The notes under the pieces were generated by a model, which was not told the origin of the DNA, ran no database searches, and saw only the letters and a list, made by a program, of their open reading frames with translations. Made by a program: the position numbers and the translations under genes. Of a DNA stretch of 64,000 bases, positions 50,978-62,760 are shown piece after piece; positions within the stretch are counted from its first letter, which is position 1; each line of letters opens with the position of its first letter. Source of the stretch: a cyanobacterium endosymbiont of Rhopalodia gibba (lineage in GTDB: Bacteria > Cyanobacteriota > Cyanobacteriia > Cyanobacteriales > Microcystaceae); the NCBI GenBank assembly GCA_045159875.1, contig CP067995.1, positions 2,944,001 to 3,008,000 of the forward strand. Direction: 5' to 3'.

Positions 50978-53787
50978 AATGTTGGTCTCCAAAAAGTGCG
51001 GATGCATGTGCTACAAGTGTATATGACTACCCTATTGACAAACAAGTGGAAGTTATGAATCAAAAATCATATCGGAATATGTACTTTTTGGTACGGATAA
51101 AGTGATCGCTATATATTAGGTTCACTCAAAACCTTTTAATGATTACTAAATATTATCTATAGTCAAAGGACTAAAGTTTAGTTTAAATTGTTTAAAATAA
51201 ATAAAATTATAGTTGGCTTTAAGAGCTATTATTTTAGCATTTGATGCCAGTTATATGTAAATTATATTACTATAAAACTTCAAATTGAGAAAGGTTGACA
51301 AAATATTAAAAAGTAGAATTAAGATCACCGTATGTTGTAAAATTATTGATCCTATATTATCATTTTACAACTTATTTTAATCTCAATAAACTAACAATTT
51401 ATCTTAAATCAAAGAACTAGATTTTTACTGACTTAATTTAACTTTTATTTTTTTTGAAAAGATAACTTTTGAAATTAAATACCTTTGTTCTATTAATAGC
51501 TGCGATATTATTTTTGAATAAACAATTATCTTATACTCATATAATATCAGTTTTGCTCCCTTTATTTTTGACGATTATTTTGTGTTTTATTCACTCTGTA
51601 TTTAGGTTCATATATTTCGGCATTTTAGCTTTGCTTAAGATTTTTTTAAATCACAAGTTAAGACTAATAGTATTTACTCTAAAACGACCTCTAGAAAAGC
51701 GTAATTGTTGCTAAGTTTTTTTCTAGAATTTATTAAATTTGTAATTGTTATTTAATCTTATTTCAGTAAAAATATCATTTTTTAGCACTTACTTGTGTTT
51801 GGCAAACTTCTATTAGGTTCAAGAGTTAACTTGAATCTAATTAAAATTAAATGGATGGATAAGGTCCATGTATTCTAGGTATTTTTTACTAATTTAATAA
51901 GAAGTCACTGAAGTGATTATTTGAGGTGATTGTTAGTTCTTATATAAGCATGGATTAATGGATATAGTTATTACCTATTAATCCATGCTTATATTCCTAG
52001 TGATGGCCAACATTTAGCACCTATCTTTATAATTTGCAACAAATTTATTTAGTTTCTCTTTCTGACTTCAACAAAAAAATGAGTTAAAATTAATCTTACT
52101 TAAGCGGTGATGAAAATTATATAGCCTATATTTCCGCTGAACGAAGTAAGATTTTATAGATTATAATCTTCTGTATCAACGTTCAGAGCTTAATTGGTGC
52201 TAATAGTTGAGGTTTTGTTAGATAACTAACTATTAGTGCTAATGAAAGAAAAGTAACTTTTTAAACTATTTAATTAGGGCAGTAAAATATTGTAAATGCA
52301 ATTTAAAAAATAAATTCTATGACTTTAGCATATTACCGAATTTAGCTTAATATAAATAAATATTTTTTAATATTTTTATTCGATTATTTTTTATATGTTT
52401 AAATATGTATAATTTGTACTTTTTAAAAAATGTTATTTCTATATAAATAAGCTATTTTATTTTGCTTAAAATCATAATTAAATTAAAAACTAATAGATAC
52501 CTTAATCTTATTTAATATTTTTTATTAAGCTAAAAAATTGTTTTAAAGTTTCTTGTTTTATTGTTTTACAATTAACTATAAATTTGAAATATTCTAGCTC
52601 TATTTCAATAAATGCAAGTATTCTTTTATACTGTCTTAATAGCCTTTTAGCGTAAATTTTAACTCTAAAATATTAGAATAATTAATAGCAATTACTTAAT
52701 TATTTTTTTTACAAAAAAAGCTGCACTACTATTTTTAAATAGTGCTATAGTTACTACTATTTTAGCCTGTTATATTAACGTATTTAAAGTATTTTACGAT
52801 TTTTTTTTTATTTTAATTAAAACCTTTTTAGGCAAAGTTTATAGTTATTTTACTATCGTGCCAAATTTTCTTGTTTATATAATTTTTACACTCACTACTG
52901 TACATAAATCTACTAGTACTACATAATAATTTTTTTATTCTTAAATTACAGCAATTTTATCAATTGCTAACTTTTTTAATGTCTAAAATATTTTATCTAT
53001 ATTTTTTGAATTTAAATCTCAAAGATTTAAATAGTTTATTTTTTTTCACCTTATTACTTGTTTTATTCATAATGTTGATAGTTGATGCTTTCTAAAAATT
53101 AATTTTGAAGGAGATGCTTTTCTCTACTCTAGGAAAACTAACGCTATGATAGTTATTTTATGATTTTAATGAAATTTTCTAGTAGTCAGATTCTAATAAA
53201 TACTAGTTTATTTTTATCTCATTTGAAATCTAATAATGGGGAATGGTCAGTTCTATTAAGTCAAGAATCTTATCCATTAAACTAAGTTAAACATTTTAAC
53301 TGCTAGATATAAATTAAATGAAATTTTAAATTTAAAATAATTTAATCTAAACAAAAAATCCGCTGTTATATGTTATGCACATAACAGCGGATTTTAATCT
53401 ATTATTATGAGTCAATTTATGATATGATTTATGTCTTCATGACAGAAAAAAATATCATTCTAATTAAACTAGAGTTTGATGAAATAGATAATTAATGTGT
53501 TTTTTAAAGTTAAAATATCGAAAAATATATGGCTTAGAATTGGAGGATTTAACCATTTGTTTGATTTTGAACCTTCTTCACAAAGCTTCAGTAATCACAC
53601 TAATAAAATGATTGAAGCCTATAATACTAAAGGTGACTTGATAACTGTACGTATTATAAAAATAATAAATTAAATCCTCTAAATTGAAATAATTGATGTT
53701 ACCAGGACCTAGATTGATCCATTGTTAAGTTATAATGCTCGAACTACGTTAGTAGATAATAATTAACTTTACTTAATCAAACGATAG

Positions 53788-54015
53788 ATGACTATTCAAA
53801 CGCTTACTTGTTCGTCTTTACCCGACTATCAGACCCCTATTAGTTCCTCAACTCAGCCGCGGTCACAAACAAAGATAGAATCAAATTCAGTAAGAAAACT
53901 GAGCAAATTCTATCAAGCAATACAGCAACTCCAATATTTGCATCTAGAAGCCGAAATTAATGTTCTTCTACAAGAGTTACAGGCCATGAAGCAAAATAAT
54001 CGAATGGAGAGTTAA
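53788..54015 (+). CDS. Small conserved coiled-coil hypothetical protein
   Basis: 75-aa ORF with the amphipathic helix YQAIQQLQYLHLEAEINVLLQELQ, followed by a terminator. Confidence 0.6.
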   Translation: MTIQTLTCSSLPDYQTPISSSTQPRSQTKIESNSVRKLSKFYQAIQQLQYLHLEAEINVLLQELQAMKQNNRMES

Positions 54016-54025
54016 TCCTAATCAG

Positions 54026-54051
54026 AAAGGCGATCAATCTGATCGCCTTTT
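54026..54051. terminator. Likely bidirectional terminator between the small ORF and rpe
   Basis: AAAGGCGATCA-ATC-TGATCGCCTTT between convergent genes. Confidence 0.7.
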
Positions 54052-54094
54052 ATCATTTTTGAGGACATACAAGCATGAACTCAAACCTTACAGG

Positions 54095-54796
54095 TTAAAC
54101 TGCTGCTAATTCTGGCTGAGGACGCTTGCTGTTTCGAATTTTTTCAATGGCTTCGTCATAACTGGGAGCTTTAAATATCGCTGACCCGGCAACAATAGCG
54201 TTAGCACCTGCTTCTAACACTTGCCAAGTATTGTCTGGTTTTAAACCTCCATCAACTTCAATCCAAGGATCTAGTCCGCGCTCATCACACATCTGACGGA
54301 GTGTACTAATTTTGCTTACCATTTCGGGAATAAAGCTTTGACCGCCAAATCCCGGATTAACACTCATAATCAGTACCAAGTCACATAGTTCCAAGACGTA
54401 CTCGATTAAGTTTAAGGGAGTAGAAGGATTAAGAACTACGCCAGCTTTTTTACCTAATTCTCGAATTTGTCCTAGGGTACGGTGTAAGTGAGGGGAAGCG
54501 TTATGTTCGGCATGAACAGAAATGATATCAGCACCAGCTTGGGCAAAATCAGCAACATATTTTTCAGGTTCAACAATCATTAAGTGAACGTCCAAAGGCT
54601 TGTTAGTGTATGGACGAATCGCCTTAATAACCAGTGGACCAATAGTGATGTTAGGGACAAAACGACCGTCCATGACATCAACATGAATCCAATCAGCTCC
54701 TGCTTTGTCTACAGCTCGGACTTCTTCTCCTAGAAGACTAAAGTCAGCTGAGAGAATGGAAGGGGAAATTACGATGGATTTAGTAGATTGGCTCAT
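54095..54796 (-). CDS. rpe: Ribulose-phosphate 3-epimerase
   Basis: Motifs [36 protein letters not shown] and EVDGG. Confidence 0.98.
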   Translation of the reverse strand: MSQSTKSIVISPSILSADFSLLGEEVRAVDKAGADWIHVDVMDGRFVPNITIGPLVIKAIRPYTNKPLDVHLMIVEPEKYVADFAQAGADIISVHAEHNASPHLHRTLGQIRELGKKAGVVLNPSTPLNLIEYVLELCDLVLIMSVNPGFGGQSFIPEMVSKISTLRQMCDERGLDPWIEVDGGLKPDNTWQVLEAGANAIVAGSAIFKAPSYDEAIEKIRNSKRPQPELAAV

Positions 54797-57700
54797 AACT
54801 GTGGAATGTTCTCCGATGGCTCACTTGTGACATTAATATTAACAAAGTCCTTAAGATTTCCCTAATCATGATCTGTGTAGATAACTAAAATTGTTCAATT
54901 TCATCTCGGGTTAACTTTAGGCTTGAAATTAATTATAAATCTTACTAATTAGCCAACTGAGGATTATACCTAAAAACAGAAAAATGATCGCTAGACTACA
55001 TGGAAGTTGCAATAATTTATATTGTTAACTGAAATCAAGAAGGATATTTACTGAATATGCAATTATTGTCACAGCTAATTAAAGAATAATAAAAAATATA
55101 TCAGCCACTAAAAATTGCTTTAATCAAATAAGAATAGTTACTTTTATTATTCCTGTTTATATTATTGTAATTCGATAATATTTCTTAGAATTTTCAGTTC
55201 ATTAAATAATTTAAAAGCTAAATAACAATAAAAATCATTAACCTAGTTAATCTAGTTTAGGACTGGACAATTATGTATCCCAAAAAAAGTACTTTTAACT
55301 TAAAACATATTAACTATAAAATATTAACTATAATTTATTTCGATAAAATTGAGGTTATTTTTAGTTTTAAAATAAAGACATAAAAATTAATTATTTTATG
55401 CTATACTAATTGTCTTTTTTTTCAAAATTATTTAAGTTATAAATAAAAATGTATATAATTTATATATATTTTTATTTGTATAAAAATTGTTTAAGATTAA
55501 AGTTTAATTGCCTAAAGTATCAACTAGCTTCTCGACAAGAATCTCTAAAAAATCTTGTAATTAGACATTTCAAGCATAACTTCATTTGAAAAAGTTTATT
55601 TTTTCTGCTGAGATTTAAATTAATATATAGTCTTAAATTGTCTAGCAAGAGTAATGTTATTAAACAAGACTATAACTCCTGTTCTAATACTTAGTAGAAA
55701 TAGACAGTAACAGGTAATAATTGTTTATGTTCATTTTTAAAAAATTTATTTTTTGCCAGAAAAACTTATAGTAAATTCAGTTTTCAATACTCTCCTAGAG
55801 AGAATCTAATTTAGATAATTTTGTTCAAGGAGATGGAATAGTAGTTTGAGTTAGTTCACATTAAATTAATTTAGCCTTGTACTATACAAATCGCATTATT
55901 TAACATAGTTAAGGTGACTACTATCAAAGATAATCGTCCTTTAGAAATTAAACTTAAATAACTGAGAGTCTTTGATAAAAACTTATTTTTGGTTAGGGTT
56001 AGTTAAAATATCTAATCATAAAGAGAGAAAAAAGATATTCTCCCTGACCTTCTAGAAGAAATATGATAAATTAGTAGCTAATAATTCCCAATTTTTCATT
56101 AAAAATATATTTTTTAGCTGTTGCATTTTAACATCTTGTTACAGCTAGTTCAGAATATTTTTTTAAAAATTAGTTCTTTTTATAGAAAAAAAAATATTAT
56201 CTTTCTCATAAGATATCTCTAATTTAAAAAATAAGTATTGTGAAAATAAAACCAATAATTTTTCCTTGAAAGAACTAATCACTATTGTATATTTAATTTT
56301 ATTAGTTGTAATACACTAAAAAATTGAAATATTATTTACTAATATAAAGACAAAGAAAGAATCGTTACTTTTATTTACTTAAAAAGTAACGTCAACTATT
56401 ATTTTGGATAATTAAGAATCCAATAAGAATTAATAAATAACAGAATACAAATAATATTTATATTGTTAAAATTACTGGTATAAAATAAATAAATTTAAAT
56501 TAATTTGACTCTATCACTCTTTATCTTAGTTAAGATAAAGAGTGATAGAAAAACTTTTACTATTTGAGGATAAATATGAATAAATATAGCTATTTTTAAC
56601 CATAAAAAGCTACTAAAAATAAATATTTTATGGTATTTTTTAAAGTTCTATTTTTTTTAAAAAATAGAACTTTTTATTACTTTAAGAAATATTTTTTATT
56701 CTTTATACTATTAAATTTAAAATTATTAGCTCGTCACGATTACCTAAGCAGTAAAAGATTATTATCCTTTTAACTTTGATATTAATCATACTAATATTAG
56801 TGAATAGTTTAGGCGACTATTTATACCGCAAATTTATTTAACTTCTGCAAAAAATTAATTATTACTATGAAGTCATTATTACTTATTGTACTTATCTTGA
56901 AGCTGGAATTATTTAAGTTAAACTTGTAAGTTTATTCTCAATTAAACTTAGAATGACTCATGTCATAAAAAATAAATAACCTGAAATAGTAGACAAATTA
57001 ATAATATTTATTTTTGATTTAATTAACTCATATGTATTAGCTACTTGTCCTGTATATAATAAAAAGTAAAATATATATCTGAAATTAGCCATAGAATTAT
57101 TGAGAGAATCGACTAGTCGGATATAAGAAGGAGATTTACTTATTTCTAGTAGAATATTTTAGAGACAAAAATATAAATTTTATGGTAAAGTATTAAAAAT
57201 ATTGTTAAATGTAACTCTTAAAATCATGGAAATTGACAAATCAGAAAAAGTTTTAGTAAACTGCTTAGTTTCTCTTGAAATTAATTGATTTTATCTCAAA
57301 ATTCATTTCTAATTTACTGATTCAAATTTATTGTCGTAGGCAATAGCGATGAAGTCACTTATATCGAGCTATTCCCTATAATTTTGGAGTTTGAAGTTAA
57401 ACTAATTATATCTAAATTTGATTGACATTCTCAATGTCTTGAAAGGTGACAATCACAACCGCTATTGGCTATCGAACATGTGTTTTTTTTATAAACGAAG
57501 TTTGGGGAAAGACAAAAATTAGACTAGTCTGTACCTAAAAATATACTTCTTTATTCCTTAAAATAACTAGAGAAATTTTATATTGTTGTAATTATTTAAT
57601 TAAGTTTCTATTATGATTCTTGGGTTCATTTAAATTAAAATTAATTGCAATAGCTTAAGCGTAAAACTATATAGATTATAAATAGCTTTTCAGCTTATTC

Positions 57701-58349
57701 AGACAATTATCTCTGTTAAATGAACAATAATCTTTATTATGCTTAATTTTACTAGATTTAGTGTAATTTCGATTATTTTCTGATAGCGGTTTAATTTTTT
57801 TAAAAAATTTACTTATATAAAAATTAGAGTTAATTCTGAGTGCTTATTAATAAGATATAATGACTTTTCAAGAACGCCTTAATCGTCCTAGTAATATAAC
57901 TCAATTATATAAAATTTTTAACAATAAATATTAATTATGATAACTTTATCAAAAAAATGATTTCTACAAAAAAAAAGCTGTTATAACTAGTTAATTAGTA
58001 TTTTTATTCTCAGCCAAGAAAATTAGAAATTACTCATGATAATTTTCTTTATTGTAAATTTAGTTGATAAGTTGAGTAATAATTTTTTTGTAAAAACTTT
58101 AAAAATAGATTGTTTTCACACCGAAAGTAAATAAATTAAAGGAGGTTATTATAAATGGTAATATCTAAAAGTGAGATATAAAAAATTAACGTAAATTTTA
58201 TTTATTTTCAACTACTTATTTTGCCGTAAACTATCTTCTTAGATACAATCCATTTCTTTTCTTAGTGTCTTTTAAGCCCTAAAATGTCTTAACTAACCAC
58301 TTGATCAATTAGGACTTTTGAATTTATGGAGAAAATTAATCTTAAATTA

Positions 58350-59272
58350 TTCAACTAATCTTTGTCCACGATTATAAAGTTCACGAGCATAATCAGTCCA
58401 AGTTCCCTGTCCCCAATAGCGAAAATAACTAGTTTCCACTAATAAGGTATAGAGTAACGCCTCCTGATATTCGACAGTTTTAGTGACACAAAGATCTTGT
58501 TGGACTAAAAAATCTGATTTTCACAGAAAATCAGTACTGAGTCGATTCATAGGTTTTAAAACGTTTTCGTAGCCATTAACCCAACTTAAATTGTCAGTCC
58601 AAGAAGCCCCATCTATGTGAGACCGACAATCAGTGACTTGTAACTCTTCAATAGCTTTAGCAACTGACTCCGGAGTGACATTATTTAGGTCAATCTTGTT
58701 CCAAATTTTGTGTTGTCCTACCGCTTGACAAGTGGGATAATCGTCAGAGTTGAGCCCTGTCGTTTTAAGGAGTTCAATATATCATTCAATGCCTTTGAAG
58801 CCGACGACATCCCCTTCTTCTTTGATTTGGTTCCAAACAGGGTTAAATTTATTGGGAAACTCATTCATCATGACTTCACCATTTTCCCCGTCAGCAATTT
58901 GTAAAACACAATAAGGAATCTCAATATCTCTAATTTTATACCGTTCCCGTGATTTGGCTTCATAATAGGGCTGCATTTGAGCAAAGAGTTTAGTGTCAGA
59001 CCCTTGGGTTTTAATCAAGGCGGTAATGCTAATGGTTTCTCCGTAGGAATTACGCGCTACTAAACAGTTAGGAATGTATTTATCATTCTCATGATGGTAT
59101 AAATTTTTCCCGTCTAACCGTTCTACTGAGTTTTCTTGCACCAGTAACTAACGATAACCGCATTCTTTAAGGGCTTTTATATATTCAAAAAGAGTATAGG
59201 GGTTGTTGGGGAGGTGCATTTCCGGTGGTGAGAAGCCTTTTACCCGCTTGAGGGCATCATAACCGAAAATTT
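58350..59272 (-). pseudogene. Glycoside hydrolase family 57 pseudogene, 5'-truncated
   Basis: One frame with three internal stops: IFGYDALKRVKGFSPPEMHLPNNP...CGYR*LLVQE...QIADGENGEVMMNEFP...GIE*YIELL...GASWTDNLSWVNGYENV...FL*K...ETSIFRYWGQGTWTDYARE. Confidence 0.85.
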
Positions 59273-59796
59273 TGGTAGATTCGAAATCCGAGATAAACGA
59301 CTTTATAATAATTGTTATATTGCTCTTATAAAGAGGTAGTTAATCCTATAAACAGTCAAAATATTAAAAATACATAAAACTACTAAAACTACTAAAAATT
59401 TTATCTAATTTATCCCAGTTATTTTAAAATCTATTGTTATAGAAATAAGTTAAATGAATAATTTAAAAGTGTTAGTCTTATTCTTATTAAATTCTATCCT
59501 CTTATGTATTTTTTTTATAAAAATATGGTTACTGTAATCTTAAAAGTATTGTAATTCATGATTTTTCTCTCTTGTTTATTAGAATTTTGTCACAGCTAGC
59601 CTAGAAGAGCTTTAGTCATTTAAGTTAATTAACTTTTATGCTCTAACCATCATAGTTTATAGTAGTTTCTTTTAATTTATTTTTGTCTATCTAAGATTCT
59701 ATCTTCTTTATTACTTAAAAATAGTAATAACCACCCTTATTAGGAAGAAGTTAATGATTTTAGATAATTATCTTAACTACGTCACATTTATTTCTT

Positions 59797-60414
59797 CTAA
59801 CGCACAAAACTGCTAATCAACCAAAACATAACAAATGTAACAATGCCTATTAGCTTATCTGACTCTAAAGAAATATTAAAATTAGCACTACTGAGCAAAC
59901 TAATAACAGCTGTTCCTGACCCTACACCGATTAATAAGCCAATGATAGTTATAAAAAAAGCCCTTACAAACTTTTGCTCTTTACGATTGAGAAAATAGAT
60001 ATTTGCAAAAACTCCTAACACCAAAATAAAAGGAATTTTACTGGAAGATATAACGATAACAAAGGTGGCTAAAGTTGCGAATATCCCAGTCGTCCAAAGA
60101 ATATCATTAGAAGATGGTATATCAATAAAACTTTGTAACCACGGAAGAGAATCATCCAAGGATAAGGAAAGAGGAGGTGACGGTATTTCTAGTGATTTTT
60201 CTGGGAAACGGATACGATCTGGTACTTTAATTTTTCCTTCTTGTCTCATTCTAAGACGCTCCATAATAATGGCATCATAAGCCACTTCAATATTTTCAAC
60301 TACTTTATTATCTTCACGATACTTTTGACTCAAACGATTTTTAGCTTCTTGGATTTCTTCAAATGAGGCTGAATCATTAATTCCCAGGACCTCATAGGGA
60401 CTTTGTTCACTCAT
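59797..60414 (-). CDS. CPP1-like (DUF3353) J-like membrane protein
   Basis: SPYEVLGI...ASFEEIQ...IEVAYDAIIMERLRMRQEGKIKVPDRIRFPE, with C-terminal TM helices. Confidence 0.85.
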   Translation of the reverse strand: MSEQSPYEVLGINDSASFEEIQEAKNRLSQKYREDNKVVENIEVAYDAIIMERLRMRQEGKIKVPDRIRFPEKSLEIPSPPLSLSLDDSLPWLQSFIDIPSSNDILWTTGIFATLATFVIVISSSKIPFILVLGVFANIYFLNRKEQKFVRAFFITIIGLLIGVGSGTAVISLLSSANFNISLESDKLIGIVTFVMFWLISSFVR

Positions 60415-60489
60415 CTAAAATTTCCTCTTAGAACATTTCTCTAGCTTATTCAAGCTACTCAACAAATTAGACGACAATTTTTTGATTGT

Positions 60490-60780
60490 CTATTCTTTTT
60501 GCGTATTATTAATCGTCTCTTTTGTAAGATTCTTTAAAGAAGATGGTTTGTCTGCCGTATTCTCCTCTAATTGGGCTTTCATTGTGACAGAATTTTCCAA
60601 TTTTTGGGCTTCATGCTTAAACTCATGTTCAAACTCTTTAGAGGCTTCTTGGAAGCCTCTAATAGCTTTGCCTAAACTCCGTCCAATTTCTGGCAATTTC
60701 TTAGGTCCGAAAATTAATAAGGAAATCGCAAAAATCAATGCCATTTCTGGGAGTCCAATACCAAAAATATTCATAAACAT
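60490..60780 (-). CDS. tatA: Twin-arginine translocase subunit TatA/E
   Basis: FGIGLPEM...LLIFGPKKLPEIGRSLGKAIRGFQ. Confidence 0.95.
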   Translation of the reverse strand: MFMNIFGIGLPEMALIFAISLLIFGPKKLPEIGRSLGKAIRGFQEASKEFEHEFKHEAQKLENSVTMKAQLEENTADKPSSLKNLTKETINNTQKE

Positions 60781-61079
60781 TTCTCTCCATTAGTTAATGA
60801 CTATTATTAATCTGTGAAGAGTACCAACACTCTTACTGTTATCCTAAGCTAACTGATTTAGCAGAATATTAAATAATAACTTTAAAAAAACGATAAATAG
60901 GAAAAAGTCAAGATAAAAAATTTATATTTCTAAGAGACACGATTAAATGTCAGTTAAGCTCTACTTTTCTTCTATTAACTCAATGATAAGTTATTAGCTA
61001 ACCGTTAGCCTATTAAATTCATAGAGCTTTACACTAAAAATAACTAATAACCCATAGATTGCAATTGAGACTAATTTTC

Positions 61080-61254
61080 TTAGTTTACAGTAAATTTTTA
61101 GATAATTAGGAAAAGATTGTAATTTTACAGGATGATTAGCAGAAAGATCAAAGATAAACTCACTATGACGAGCGATTTTCCAAGCATCAACCATCTTTCT
61201 GAACTCAGAGCCAAGTAATCTGAGCGAATCTATTAACCTAGTATGCTGTGCCAT
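61080..61254 (-). pseudogene. psbH: Photosystem II PsbH pseudogene
   Basis: MAQHTRLIDSLRLLGSEFRKMVDAW (compare [25 protein letters not shown]), a frameshift, then VSLSLIFLLIIL*NYNLFLII*KFTVN* (compare [28 protein letters not shown]). Lies upstream of tatA, as in other cyanobacteria. Confidence 0.88.
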
Positions 61255-61640
61255 AAACGATAAATCCCGTCTCTAAATCTAAAAATGTTGTCTGTTCCCT
61301 TTTAATTGAGTATATTCCACTATAATCGCACATCAGAGACTACTGGTTTACTCAATTCTCTTAACCATTTCTACCCTTGAAGCAGTTAGTTACGGGCAAG
61401 TGTTTCCCAGTTGTTTAGTTAATTAATCCTAGTCTTAAAACCCCTTACGACATTGTTAACAAGTGGCTATTTTAGCATACACTGGCTAGAAAACTGTCAA
61501 CCGGGGCATAAATTTGACTAATTTAGGTCCTCTTTCTTTTTACTTCCGCAACACATTCAGTCTATTTTTATTGTGTATCACGCTACGCTAATATTTTCTA
61601 TAGTTTTCTTAAAATGTATTTTACAAAGCATCTCTAAGGC

Positions 61641-62117
61641 TTAAAAGTCTGACTGCTGAGAAGATGATGGCTCAGAAAAACTAGCAATTAATAAAAAAAT
61701 AATCCCAAAGTTGATAAAAACATCAGCTAAATTAAAAACTGGAAACTGAATTAATCGAAAATCAAGAAAATCAACCACGTATCCAAACCAAAAACGATCT
61801 ATTCCATTTCCTAATGCTCCTGCTAGGATAAGTCCATAACCCAATTGTTCTGTAAATCTCATTTTATTCCCCCACCAAGCCAAAACCATTAAGCCCAAAC
61901 TAACTCCCAACGAAAGCCAGCGTAGCCATCTCGCTCCTCCGGTAAAAAAACTAAACGCAGCTCCTGTGTTAATAACATAGGTAAAATGGAATACTCCTGA
62001 CCAGATATGGATAGTTTGTCCTAAATTTGTAAACCACTGAGTAACCCAATATTTAGTTATTTGATCAATTATTAAACCAGCTAGGCTAACCAGCCAAAAA
62101 AAACTGTTTTTTTTCAT
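61641..62117 (-). CDS. lspA: Lipoprotein signal peptidase II
   Basis: Motifs DQITK, NTGAAFS, GALGNGIDR, VVDF and FPVFNLAD. Confidence 0.97.
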   Translation of the reverse strand: MKKNSFFWLVSLAGLIIDQITKYWVTQWFTNLGQTIHIWSGVFHFTYVINTGAAFSFFTGGARWLRWLSLGVSLGLMVLAWWGNKMRFTEQLGYGLILAGALGNGIDRFWFGYVVDFLDFRLIQFPVFNLADVFINFGIIFLLIASFSEPSSSQQSDF

Positions 62118-62175
62118 GTGCGCTTGCCATATTTAGGATAACTTTTAACCCTAATTTCTGCTCAAATGAAGTTTT

Positions 62176-62760
62176 CTAATAAAATAATAGTTGACGTAAA
62201 ATGAAAGCCGTTACAGCGACGGCACAAGTAATTGCTAACTGACTAGGCAAGGGATTAGTGGAATAATTCATGATCAACTCAGGCAAATTTTTAGGAGAGA
62301 TTGTTGTAGGATTCAGAAAAGATAACCCGATTAGATACACTAAGCCACATAAATGAATCATCAATAATCCACAAAAAGCACTCCAGGCTAAACACTCCAA
62401 TCTTCGCTTAGTCCGAAATGCCATCAAACCACATAGCCAAGCTCCTGGGATAAACCCCAACAGATAACCAAAACTAGGCTCTTGCCAGTAATTCAGGCTA
62501 CCACCTTGAGCAAAGACAGGTAATCCAAATAAACCAAGAAAAATATAAGCAATCTGTGATATAATACCAGCATTTTTTCCTCCTACACACCCAGTTAACA
62601 ACACGGCTCCTACTTGAAAGGTTACGCCCAGAGGTATGGATTCAACACCTTGTTGTTCCCAATTCCACGGCAAGCCCAACATAAAGGCTTGCACAAATGT
62701 ACTGAAAATCGTTAACAATAGACCAATTATTGCCCAGAGAAATTCATTGGTAGCAGACAC
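62176..62760 (-). CDS. bioY: Biotin transporter BioY
   Basis: AYIFLGLFGLPVFAQGG...PSFGYLLGF; multi-TM protein directly after bioB. Confidence 0.92.
   Translation of the reverse strand: MSATNEFLWAIIGLLLTIFSTFVQAFMLGLPWNWEQQGVESIPLGVTFQVGAVLLTGCVGGKNAGIISQIAYIFLGLFGLPVFAQGGSLNYWQEPSFGYLLGFIPGAWLCGLMAFRTKRRLECLAWSAFCGLLMIHLCGLVYLIGLSFLNPTTISPKNLPELIMNYSTNPLPSQLAITCAVAVTAFILRQLLFY

Noticed and set aside
60994..61254. 86-aa hypothetical protein
   Set aside because: Frameshifted psbH pseudogene rather than a novel gene.
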